From contig CAIIXF020000001.1 of NCBI GenBank assembly GCA_903813345.2, positions 45,012,001-45,076,000 of the forward strand: a stretch of DNA of 64,000 nucleotides. Reading direction: 5' to 3'. Source of the stretch: Owenia fusiformis. Its lineage: Eukaryota. Positions 25,201 through 37,300 of this stretch are shown in pieces. How positions within the stretch are numbered: the stretch's first letter is position 1; the number at the start of each line of letters is the position of its first letter. The position numbers and the translations under genes were made by a program. Below the pieces are notes generated by a model that had not been told where the DNA came from, ran no database searches, and worked only from the letters and a program-made list of their open reading frames with translations.

Positions 25201-26952
25201 TGGCGTTATCAAGCTCATCGTGTTATTTGTATGGTCACGCTATGTTGGAGTATTGTTTGTTTGTGGCGTTATCAAGCTCATCGTGTTATTTGTATGGTCA
25301 CGCTATGTCGGAGTATTGTTTGTTTGTGGCGTTATCAAGCTCATCGTGTTATTTGTATGGTCAAGCTATGTTTGTATGGAGAAGCTACGTTGGAGTATTG
25401 TTTGTTTGTGGCGTTATCAAGCTCATCGTGTTATTTGTATGGTCACGCTATGTTGGAGTATTGTTTGTTTGTGGCGTTATCAAGCTCATCGTGTTATTTG
25501 TATGGTCAAGCTATGTTTGTATGGAGAAGCTACGTTGGAGTATTGTTTGTAATGGCGTTAATAATCAAACTCGTCGTGTACGCTGTATTTGTATATTTTT
25601 AATAAAGTTATCAATATGCATCCTTTTTATGATTAGTCTTTTGTCTCGCCTAAAGCCTTACCTGTAGACCTGCGAATTTGTATGTGCTGCATTGGTCAAT
25701 ACAATAGTCATATGTGAGGTTCCCTGCGTTACTTAGCGCGCGTTCTTCGAAATCTCTTGTTTCAAAGTCCAAGTAACAGCCCTGTTCCAGAATAGGAGCT
25801 CCTAATAAAAAATATACAATTGATCATGAAATAATCCAGCTAAATATTACCGACAAATAAAAGTATACAATGCTATTTTCCAGCAATCTCACTCTTGATT
25901 TTCCACGCTTCCGTATATCATTCTGTGAATGTCAAAATAGTTATGTGATTTTACAACATCACTTTTAATTCTTGTTAGGGTTGAAGTGAATGCATTGTAT
26001 TGGGATATAACCTTGGAAAACATTTCGTGAATATGTATTATATTCCCGCGAGCGTTTAGACCAAAATATAGCAAAATAACATTTAATAGAATAACCGGTT
26101 ATACGGAAACAAATCCCCTGCATTCCAAATTAATTTTCTTAACGGGGTGTCTAGTACCAGCGTTCACATATTATTAGAAATCATGACGAGGGGGGCATTT
26201 TTGGTTGCTTTGCCATCCGCAACGATGGAGGCATGGTGGAAAGGAAAATGATTTTCTTGAGATAAATCTAGAGTATACTTACCACTTAGCCAATGCCAAT
26301 GTGAAGCTGTTTGGTTTGCTCCAATCCAAATGTCATCCATGCTTTCTTTCCTTAAAGCGTTAACAAAGAAGTCATTTCTGTGGGCATCGCTGAGAACTGG
26401 TAGTTCTCCGCCTTTCTTACCACAATCTTCCCCAGCTTTAGACCATGAGGCCGGACTGTCTGATTTGAGGTAACATACTCTGTCCTCATTGTCTATGATT
26501 GAGGCATCGTCGCATAGGCTCTCTTGTTTCAAATTATAAAAATTGTAATCAATGAATATTTTGTGTGCATGGACAAAAACTCACCATTCACCATTTACAT
26601 AGGGGTCCCGGAGGTAAGACTCCCAAATGGGGCATAATTTTAATTTCCCATTTATCAAATAATACACAGATATGTTACATGCTCCTTTGTATCCCAGCCA
26701 GTTAAACAATGCTTTAACACAGGAAAATTTGACGAGACCGTCTTCCTTCCACCGCGTGACAATCTCAGCGATATCGGTTCACTTTACATGACTTAACATG
26801 TCCTTCATTGTATGACACTCGAAATAATTATTTTACTCTTTTAATGAAATTATTATATAAAGTAAGGTTAACATACCTGCAGAGCAATGTCCCGAACTAT
26901 ACAATAATAGCGCAATATTTATTAGCACCAATATCCAAGATGTAATATCCAT
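22235..26952 (-). CDS. Lectin receptor L1: signal peptide - CTLD(N-half) - WSC - CTLD(C-half) - CTLD - Thr-rich stalk - TM - Tyr-rich tail
   Basis: Exons: 26877-26952 (MDITSWILVLINIALLLYSSGHCSA), 26283-26522 (WIGANQ), 25662-25801 and 24620-24764 (WSC: GCY.D...C...C...FAGLQ|AGRECWCG...C.TPC.G...CG), 24186-24317 (SWAETQPNN...WFDETC...YLC), ~23622-23867, ~22918-23376 (TM), 22235-~22656. Confidence 0.85.
24853..25560. repeat. 63-bp intronic minisatellite, ~11 units
   Basis: Unit GGTCACGCTATGTTGGAGTATTGTTTGTTTGTGGCGTTATCAAGCTCATCGTGTTATTTGTAT, lying between the two WSC exons of L1. Confidence 0.95.
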
Positions 26953-28328
26953 TTTTAAAAAAGTGGATTCACTTTATCATGATCTTTTTATGCTACTTCT
27001 GCTTGTACATAGTCTACACTCTAAACTGTTAATAATTAAGTGGAATCGTAGAATAAATTATACATTTGAGTAAAAAGTTGATGCCCAAAAGGGAAGGTCA
27101 AATGCCAAAGTTAAAGCGTATGATGTTTAAATAATCATGCGGTCTTCATCATGATGCATTTTCTTCAGGCAAGATACTCGACTGTTCGGGAAACGTACCT
27201 CAGCTCATTGCAACCTTTTGATATGTAAACGTCGGAAACAAATTAAATACAATTATCTTAAATAGCAAAATTAATGATTAAAATATGTCTCATTTTCACA
27301 AATGTTTCAATGGCAATAAATTTATGGCATTTTCCAGTTATCGTGACTGTAAATAATCTCAGTTATTAAATATATATTCGACGCAACATTTTTATTGGTT
27401 AATACCATGTACTCCGTAACATTCAGAAACGACAATAACACAAATTATATTTTAATAATTATATTTCATTTTCAATTCGATCAGTTAAGTGAACATTGTT
27501 AACAATAACTCACAGAGTTAAATTATTCTTTTTAAATACAGGATACGATTGCTCGTATGAATACAAAGATGCATCGCTTGCAGTGAATTGAATACTAAGA
27601 GATAGTGAACACATATCACATTGACGTATTTGTAACAAAGGTATATGATTTCCACTGTGGTACATTACCGATGATACGGTACAACTAGCAGGGAAAACGC
27701 ATAATAATAGGCCTCGATGATTTGTGCCACGAGACTTCATTATTTCAGTTCATTTACAGCACGAGGTTGTTTTGGTAGTGACGTAAAAATTGAGATTCAA
27801 CCATTAACTTTTTGCAAGGTACTGTAATGTGTAGCCTAGGTCCTAACATGTTAACAATAACACAAACATAAGGCACTAAAGGGCAAAATGTCCACCACCT
27901 GCAATTTGTTACAGACGCTGAACTCCGAACGCCAACCACCGAACGGCGAACACCATCCACATAAAAGTTGGGGACTATAACAATTTGTCAACACTTAATG
28001 TGGTGACATAATAAGCGCATCTTTGACATAGATTTAAGTATTCACAATGTCACGTGTTTTCTTATGACAGATTTTCCCCTCATCAACCATGCTTTTATTT
28101 TTTCCTGATAAATCAAAGGCATCCTGTCTTCTGATTGAGCGAAAGGGAATGATAAATGCCTAGCTATGTGTGAATATTAACCAGGTTTAGTAATATTTAC
28201 ATATTGTATAAAGCATTTATTATGAATCCGACATGAACATGTAAAATGATAGAAGTGACAAGTCGTCCTTTACATGGATTATTATCAATAAACTAGCATC
28301 TCAATCACTAGAGTTTTATTGCTCTTTA

Positions 28329-31300
28329 CTAATCATTATGATCGTTAACCCTATACACGTAATCATTATCAACTGCAATGTGTGTATCCTGGTCATCACT
28401 GGCATATGTATCATCTCTTTCTGCAGATCCTGCTTCATCAACTGAACTGCCGTGAGAGGAGACAGTATCACAAGCTGATATATCTGTCGACATGTCAAAC
28501 ATTCCTCTAGCTTGAGATTCGTTCGAAGAATTTTTATCAAATGCAGTGTTTTTCCAGCTCCTATTTTTATCAACGGGGTATGAATATTTGTTTTGGGAAG
28601 CATGATCTTCATGTGTTTCGTTGTTCTTTGATTGCAGTATCTCGTTTTCATTGTTTTCATGTATTGCACTATTGACATGTTTACTTTGTGCTAGTTTCAT
28701 ATCATCATTAATTATTGCCTTACCATCATTATTATTACTCTCATCTTTGTCACTTGTGATATTAATTTCAGTATCGCCTTTATTGTTGATAACGTTATTG
28801 TGGTCTTTATTTTCTTTGTTGTTTGAAGGTAAATCTAGGACACCTTGTAACACTGAATCTAAAGTGATAGATGGGTATGACTCTTCGTCATATTCAAACG
28901 CATTGTTTTCGTATTGAATAGAGTCTTTGTCTAGTGTTTTAATCTCGTCATCTTTGTCATCAATAAAATCATCTTTCTGAGTGTTTGTTGTTCCCATTAT
29001 TCTGCTGTTAATTTCAACGTTTATTTCTGTTTGATTTCTTTCGTGTGGGTCTCCATCTATCGTTTCGTCATCTGAATCTTTATAAGCTACTGCAATGTTC
29101 TCTAACTCCATATCCTCATCAATATTGTCTCTGGAGTTTGTCTTACTTGATCTGCTTAGTATACTGCTTACTTTTCTCGTCTTACTCTTGGAGTGTTTCC
29201 TCATTTGAACTTTGTGTTGTTCTATATTGTCTCCATCTTGTGTAGATGTGACTGTCACCCCATCTATTGCATGAACTCCATTTTGTTCGATATCTCCATT
29301 TGCATTGCCAGTTGATTTCATGTTGCTTTCATGTCTGAAATGATAAAAATTCTAGTCTTAACTTCTTCTATTGGGTTTTGTTTTTAAGTTTTTCAAGTAC
29401 AAATCGTTGGTAGTTTTCAATTAATGGGCTATATTTGTTTAAATTGTCTACTCACGATTGCTTCCGTCGACCACAACAGTACGCCATAACAGCCGCAACT
29501 ATCAACAACAAAAACGTCCCCACAACGGCAATCACAATGATGACACCTGTAAAATACATTTAAAACAAGTTTGAACTATAGTTTGGAGTGTTTTCTTGCT
29601 CTTTGCAATACTCTTTGATCTTTTCACTTACCACTTTAATAAACACTTTAAATAATCGTTCAATGCTACATAACATCTGAGACTAAATACTTCTGTATTG
29701 TATCTAGTATCCAGAACTTACTACTTTTGAGGAGATCGGTCACTCGAGATTTTATCTGAATGAATAGATCAAAATCTTCGAGTTTGTTCAATCCCTTGTT
29801 TATGACTAGTTATACTTTTCAATGTCTTTTTCTGTCTTTAATTGTTGTACTTGAAAGGTTTTCTCCAGGACCGTCAAGAGATAACTTCGTCATTTTCAGA
29901 AAGCCTCTCTATAACTATAACCTTTTCTTGGGGCTGTCCAGTTGGCCGAGAGGGCTTTAGCGCCAGCACGTTCAGGCTAGGCGATTGGGCGCCGTAACCA
30001 CGAGGTTGCGAGTTCGAGACGTCTGTGCTCCTTGTGTTTTTTTCATTTAGGGTTGAGATGATATATTATCAAAGGATGTCAGTAAAAGCTAATGCCATAC
30101 TTACTCAATGGGACGGGTACATCAGAGCCATGAAGAGGTCCTACATTAATCCCAGTGTTGTTGCCATTACCCACAATCGTGTCTGTTGTGCTAGAACCCA
30201 ACATTACAGTTGGATTTGATATCATACTGCTTGTGACATTTTCACTGTGTACACTCCTTGTCTGTCCACTACTGGTATTAGATACAGGGGACGTGTTTTC
30301 TAAATCTCCTGAAATATTCGTCGTTTTGTCATATGTTCTCGAGGTTGTCATGCCTTGTGTTGTCGTTGAGCTTCTAGTCGTCATTTTTGCTGTAGTTTCA
30401 GTAATTGACTCCGATGGAGTATTATTAGATACATTTAAAGATGGTGTTGAAGTCGGATACGTAGTTTGATTCCTAAATAGTGTCGTTTCCCCTAGATGTT
30501 CTGAGCTTGTTTTGTTTGAAATACTTTGTGTTGTTTGTAATATAGTTTCTGTTGCACTGGATGATGTTGTATTTGGAGTAACACCAGACGCTATTGTGCT
30601 GGGCACAGTTGTTGCATCAGGTAATGCTGTTGTATTTGGGAGTAGAGTTACATTGGGGGATACTGCTGTATTAGACGATACTGTTGTATACCGTGGAACT
30701 GATGAAGCTGGCCCAATACTTGAATTGTATGACATCGTAGCGTTTGGTGAAATAGTTGCATTGGATATTGCTGTTATGGTTGCCATTGTTGTACTTTCCG
30801 ATATTGTCATATTCGGCGTTATAGTTACATTAGACGACATTGTCGTTTTCGGTGAAACAGTTGCATTGGACATTAAAGTATGTGTTGCTATTGTTGTACT
30901 TTCCGATATTAACGAAACATTTGGCGCAAAACTAGTTCCATTAGATGACATTGTCGTTGGGTTTATTGTTGTTAGACTAGGAATTCGAATATCACAAACA
31001 ATGTTCGAGGTATCTGTACACAGTGCATCTCTCCATAAATATTCACCATTGTTCTCTATAAGCTGAACACACAAACCATTCCTCTCATCAGGCTCACCCT
31101 CGGCCCATTTACTGAACGTTACTTTCTGACCTGGAATACACAAATCAAAGTATGCACACTTTGTCTTTTATCTGATAGGACCATCAGCTACATCTACATC
31201 TGTATTCTGTATATACAGGGTGGTAAAAAAAATGGAAACCCTGTCACCATTTTCCTCATATCTTTGTTATTTTAGGGAATTACTCCCTGATATTTAGCGC

Positions 31301-34300
31301 ATTTGTACATCATTTAATTTCCTACCGGCCTACTATATTTCATGACCATCAAATTGATAGTCACAATGTTACAGCACTTTAAAACAACATGCTCCATTGG
31401 CCAATATTGCTCTTTCGGCAAACCTGCACCTATCATCCAAAATGTCCCTACCTAACTTCAACCTGTGGTGATAAACCAAAAAAGAGTGTACGAGAATAGG
31501 ACAACTGCAGACCTCAAAAAGCAGATCATCCATGTCATTCAGGCCATACCTGCTGAAAAATGTAGTCAGATCATTGACAACCTGTTCAGATTTGCCAATA
31601 GCGCGATGGTGGCCACACTGGGGTATCTTGTTCAAAGTGCTGTGACTATCAATCTGATGGTCATGAAATATGGTTGGCTGGTAGGAAATTGAATGTTGCT
31701 GTCAAATTTCAGGGAATAATCACCCAAAATGACGAAGATATGAGGAACATGCAGGGTTTCCATTTTTTTGACCACCCTGTACAAAATATTTTGAGATATT
31801 GTCGTTGTGATAAATGGTGTTGTTAGTTTGAAATCTTCTTTTGTTAAAAGTTAGTGACACGAGTTACAGGTAAGCGAGGGAATGTAAAAAGCTCATTTCA
31901 ACATAATACCGACTGTTCACAATGATATAGTTCGAGTTTTTAAAATCGTACCGTCCCTAAGAAGCCAATCTCCCTTGAATAATCCTATCCAATATTTGTT
32001 CTTGGGGAAATTATTTTCATTAATGATTTGTGTAATATGTTGTTGAACCATTGCACTATGTACAGTGACCAGATCTCCTCCAGTTTCTATGCAGTCAGAT
32101 CTGGCATCATACCAACTTCTTGCCTCAACTGATATGAAGTAGCAGTTGTCTTCCATTGGGTATTCCACCCCGTAACATGATGGATCTCTCTCTGAAATAC
32201 ATTTATATAATCATTAAATGTCTTTCATGTTTTCTGTTTCACAGTTTCACGTAAACACATAGTGGTCTGTCAGATTGTTGTTGTTTTGATTGGCCACTCG
32301 TGTCAACGACTTAGATAGTATTTAAAAACACATGATGGATTTCTTTCCGAAATATATTTCAAATAATATTACTCATTCAATGTGTTGATGTTCTCTCTTT
32401 GTTTTCTGTTTCTCATTTTCACGTAAACACATTATTTTGTCTACATCAGTTTTTTGTTGTTGTTTTGATTGGGCACTGGTGTCAACGACTTAAAAAGTTA
32501 TTTAAAAAACATGAGTGTATTGCCCACTGATCTACTGCTACTGCATCGCAATATAATACACAGCAATAAAGTATTACCCCTTCTGCAGATATATGGCAGT
32601 TTTGTATTACATCTCTCATCGTTCCATGCGTAGCCGTATTCTCTGAACGCCTCCAAGTCATCAATGGCTCCACATGCCTGGTAACCGTCATAGTTGTTTG
32701 GCTGGGACGCTGCCCAGTTACTGTACATACCTAAGATAGGAGATGAGTGAGGGATGTACTTTTTTGCGTCTATAAATGAGAACGAGCCGCGTGTGAAGGT
32801 GGTTTATTCGATCTTTCATGTTTTTGTCACGTTTGATTATTCGTTTGAATGTTTGGTTTGGTTCATTATGTTGTATAACTCGTTCGTTGGTAGTGGTTTT
32901 CAATGTTTCCGTTTTCTGAGTGTTTGAACATTTGAGCTTTTCATTTGGCTTTTATGCTTACATATTTAATCTGGATATATTAAAGCGATGCTCATTAACA
33001 AGAAGAAATCATATACTCTCCTTTTAGGTCAGAATTTTAAGGCAACAAGACTAATTTTTTAGATCTTAAAGGACCGCGGGTTGTTTGTAGAATGAATCTG
33101 GGGAGCTTTTCCATGCATTTCGGTTGTGTTTTTCTCTTTGAGGTTGTGAATTCTCTCTTTGAGGAATTTCCCATAGTAATCCAATGGTATAAGCTTAGTT
33201 CCAAGCTGATTCTTACACATCTTATTGGGTTGTTTTGGTTTAGATCACAAGCCAATGAGGTGTGTATTAATGATTAACTTTCCAGTTATCTCAAAATCTG
33301 CTTACTAATCATACAATTGGATTACTATGGGAAATTCCCCAAAGAGAAAATTCTTGGGAATAAGGAAGGGGTACCATTTACACAATTTGAGAAATTATTG
33401 GCAAACATGAAACCTATTTAAAACAGCATTAATATTATTCAAAAGGGATCGTAATAATGATTCCCAGCCCTCTGAAGTTTGAAAAAGAACAATACCTGGG
33501 TGTTAATCCATAGATAATCCTTGAAAATGAGAAATATTTTTTAGGATTATATGGTGCAATCTTATAGTCAATAAAATGTTTTGAAGTGTATTGATGTTTT
33601 TTAGATGAAAAACACAAGCGAAATGCATGAAAAAGCTCCCCAGATTCATTCCACTAACAACTCGTGGTCCTTTGATTTTAATGTTTGACCGTCTAAATAT
33701 GATAAACGCATCATACCATCTACAGCGATAACTTGGTTTAAATACTTTCCACCACACGTTTCTGTTTCATCTCCGGCACATGGCAGATCACATTTAGGAT
33801 CAGTTGGTGATGGTGGACCAATTCTTTCAAAATCAAAGTTATCACTGCAATAACAGTCTTTGCCTCCCTGTAGTCCTGCGAACAATGAGCCGACTTGTCG
33901 ACATGTATTAACACACGTGGTTCTTGTCATGCCATGGAAGTCATCGATAATCAGTGTCATTGTTCGATCGTTTCGGTTGTCCCAAAAACAACCTTGTTCT
34001 TCAATGATTCCACTCCCTGAGATCAGAATGAGTAGGGGATATGATACAATATAAACAAATTCTTCTACTTCCAGCTTTACACTACAATATCCCATGTGGT
34101 TTTGCATAAAATGGAGAATAAAAAGATGAAGAATAAAAGATCAGCTTCAAATAGAAGGAAGTTTCAACATTATCTGACAACACAGAAAGATGATAGTTTG
34201 TGATACATACCTGCCGCCCATTGCCATGGCGTTTTCGTTTCTTTGACTCCCAACCACACGTTGTCCCATCCATTGCTCGTAAGTATTTGTCCCAGCGCAG

Positions 34301-37300
34301 CAGTGTCATTGTCATCCATAGGCACTGTCATATCACCATGTACTACGATGCTATTACATAGGAGACTTGCATAATGCCACGTTCCAGTTGTTTCGGGGTT
34401 GAAGTACCCCTTTGTTTCATCATATTGATGTTTTACTATATTGTCCCATGTGGGCTTGTGTAGTTGGCACACCAATGGTTGAGTAGTATTACATAATGTG
34501 TCATACCATGCATATGTATTGTCCTGTTGGTGCTGAACTATAGCACACGGCTCTGCTGAATTGCTTGGCTCTTTGGGGGCCCATTTAGTGTACATTACTT
34601 CACCTGAAATGTAAAAAAACGTTTAACCATTTAACCTGACGTCCATTCATTTTGTTATTTATGACTCTTACAATTTCGATTTCAACAGTCGTCCAATAAT
34701 CAATAAGTAAACTATTAAGAGACGAGAAATGAAGCAATTTTCGGGATATGCATTGTGTCTCATTATTACTCAAAGAATACTATTTTGTTGTTAATAAATA
34801 GACCCACCGTTCGATTTTCTTGACCATTTGCTTCTAACTAGGCCAATCCAGTACTTGAATTTATCAAAATTCTCATTTAATAAAGTCTTCAGGATGATCT
34901 GCTCTTCTGGGGAATCGATCGTCACAAGGTATCCATCTCTTTTAATACATTCATAGTGTGATTCAAACCAGCTGAACAGTCCAGCAGAGACATAGTAACA
35001 GTTGTCCGCTCGTTTAAAGTAGCCATCTTCCGAGCAGTTTGAATTAGCTAAAATTATTATTTTATTACTTCTTTTCACTAATTAACATGGTCACTTACAA
35101 CTACATGTTGATAATTGCAGATACTTTTTGAAATCATGCAGCAATACTATTCGCGTTTTTTTATAAATGAGACTACAAAAAGGTTTAATGCAATGCAAAC
35201 GACAGAAAGTTAATTAATGATAACTTCATTTAATTCTCCTGCAAACCTTGACTTTCCTGATGATTTTGAGCACTCACCTGTTTGGCATATATATCCAAGT
35301 TTCTCTATGCATGCCTCGTCATTCCAGTTATAGTCGTAGTACCGCCACCACTCCAAGTCGTCCATTGCCGCACATGCCTGGTAACCATTGTAATTATTCG
35401 GCTGACCACTGGCCCACGATCTGTACATTCCTAATTTGCAATCAAAATTAATTTCATTCGAGGCATTTGTAACAGGTGTTGATTAATGAAAATATATGAT
35501 GCAAAGTTGAAATTCTGTCTACTTGGTACCAGTGTAACTCATCTCGTGATAGCTCAGTTGGTAGAGCGGGGGACTGTAGCGTCTAAACCTGTTATCCCTA
35601 GGTCACTGGTTCGACTCCGGTTCGCGAGAGAGATTCTGTTTTAAATGTCTCTTCCTTTTATTATCTTTCATTGTATTCAAAATCCATATATCAACTCATG
35701 TAGTTGTTTTCAATTAACTCATCTCGTGATAGCTCAGTTGGTAGAGCGGGGGACTGTAGCGTCTATACCTGTCATCCCTAGGTCACTGGTTCGACTCCGG
35801 TTCGCGAGAGAGCACCCTTTTTTAAATGTCTCTTCCGTTTATTATCTTTCATTGTATTCAAAATCCATATATCAACTCATGTAGTTGACCCCACGTAACT
35901 CATCTCATGATAGCTCAGTTGGTAGAGCGGGGGACTGTAGCGTATAAACCTGTTATCCCTAGGTCACTGGTTCGACTCCGGTTCGCGAGAGAGATTATGT
36001 ATTAGATGTCTCTTCCGTTTATTATCTTTCATTGTATTCAAAATCCATATATCAACTCGTGTAGTTGATCCCACGTAACTCATCTCGTGATAGCTCAGTT
36101 GGTAGAGCGGGGGACTGTAGCGTCTATACCTGTCATCCCTAGGTCACTGGTTCGACTCCGGTTCGCGAGAGAGCACCCTTTTTTAAATGTCTCTTCCGTT
36201 TATTATCTTTCATTGTATTCAAAATCCATATATCAACTCATGTAGTTGATCCCACGTAACTCATCTCGTGATAGCTCAGTTGGTAGAGCGGGGGACTGTA
36301 GCGTCTAAACCTGTTATCCCTAGGTCACTGGTTCGACTCCGGTTCGCGAGAGAGATTATGTTTTAGATGTCTCTTCCGTCTATTATCTCTCATTATATTC
36401 AAAATCCATATATCAACTCATGTAGTTGATTTTAATTAACTCATCTCGTGATAGCTCAGTTGGTAGAGCGGGGGACTGTAGCGCCTAAACCTGTTATCCC
36501 TAGGTCACTGGTTCGACTCCGGTTCGCGAGAGAGATTATGTTTTAGATGTCTCTTCCGTTTATTATCTCTCATTGTCATTCAAAATCCATATATCAACTC
36601 ATGTAGTTGATTTTAATTAACTCATCTCGTGATAGCTCAGTTGGTAGAGCGGGGGACTGTAGCGTCTATACCTGTCATCCCTAGGTCACTGGTTCGACTC
36701 CGGTTCGCGAGAGAGATCTGTTTTAAATGTCTCTTCCGTTTATTATCTCTCATTGTATTCAAAATCCATATATCAACTCATGTAGTTGATCCCAAGTAAC
36801 TCATCTCCTGACAGCTCAGTTGCAAGAGCGGGGTACTGTAGCGTCCAAACCTGTTATCCCTAGGTGTCTGGTTCGACTCCGGCTCGCGGGTGAAAGATTA
36901 TTTTAAACATTTGTTAGACGTTAAATATTTACTGTCATGAATGCTCGTCCAGAATAAAACTTTCATAATCAATGGTAGATAAACTCATATCGTGATAGCT
37001 CAGTTGGTGGAGCGGGGAACTATAGTGTCTAAACCTGTCATCTCAAGGTCATTGGTTTGACTCCTGTTCGCAAGAGAGGTTTTTTAATGTTCCTTTAGAA
37101 TGGAAACTTTCATAATTCATAAACAATTAAGTCATGATATTAATTTGATCACTAGTTCGACTCCGGTTCGCGATATAGGCATATTTTCAAGTTTTTAGTT
37201 TAATCATTGAGAGTGAAATTCTCCTGAGACAATAGCTTTTGGTTTTATACAACGTTCTGTTAAAGACTATTGTAAATTAAATAATATACATTTATGTTCA

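Noticed and set aside
24848..25667. Repetitive plus-strand ORFs of 80-234 aa
   Set aside because: By-product of a 63-bp minisatellite in an L1 intron.
27510..27960. Short minus-strand ORFs between L1 and L2
   Set aside because: No recognisable motifs or splice support; probably L2 3' UTR or intergenic sequence.
29930..30030. tRNA-Sec or tRNA-Leu gene
   Set aside because: Despite TTCAG and a Leu-like A-box, the acceptor, anticodon and T stems do not pair properly.
30155..31066. Val-rich plus-strand ORFs
   Set aside because: Antisense shadow of the Thr/Ser mucin exon of L2.
32231..32514. Two diverged ~105-bp direct repeats
   Set aside because: A local intronic duplication with no coding or structural signal.
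35543..37075. CRISPR-like repeat-spacer array
   Set aside because: The repeats are complete tRNA genes, the spacers are near-identical rather than unique, the context is eukaryotic, and there are no cas genes.
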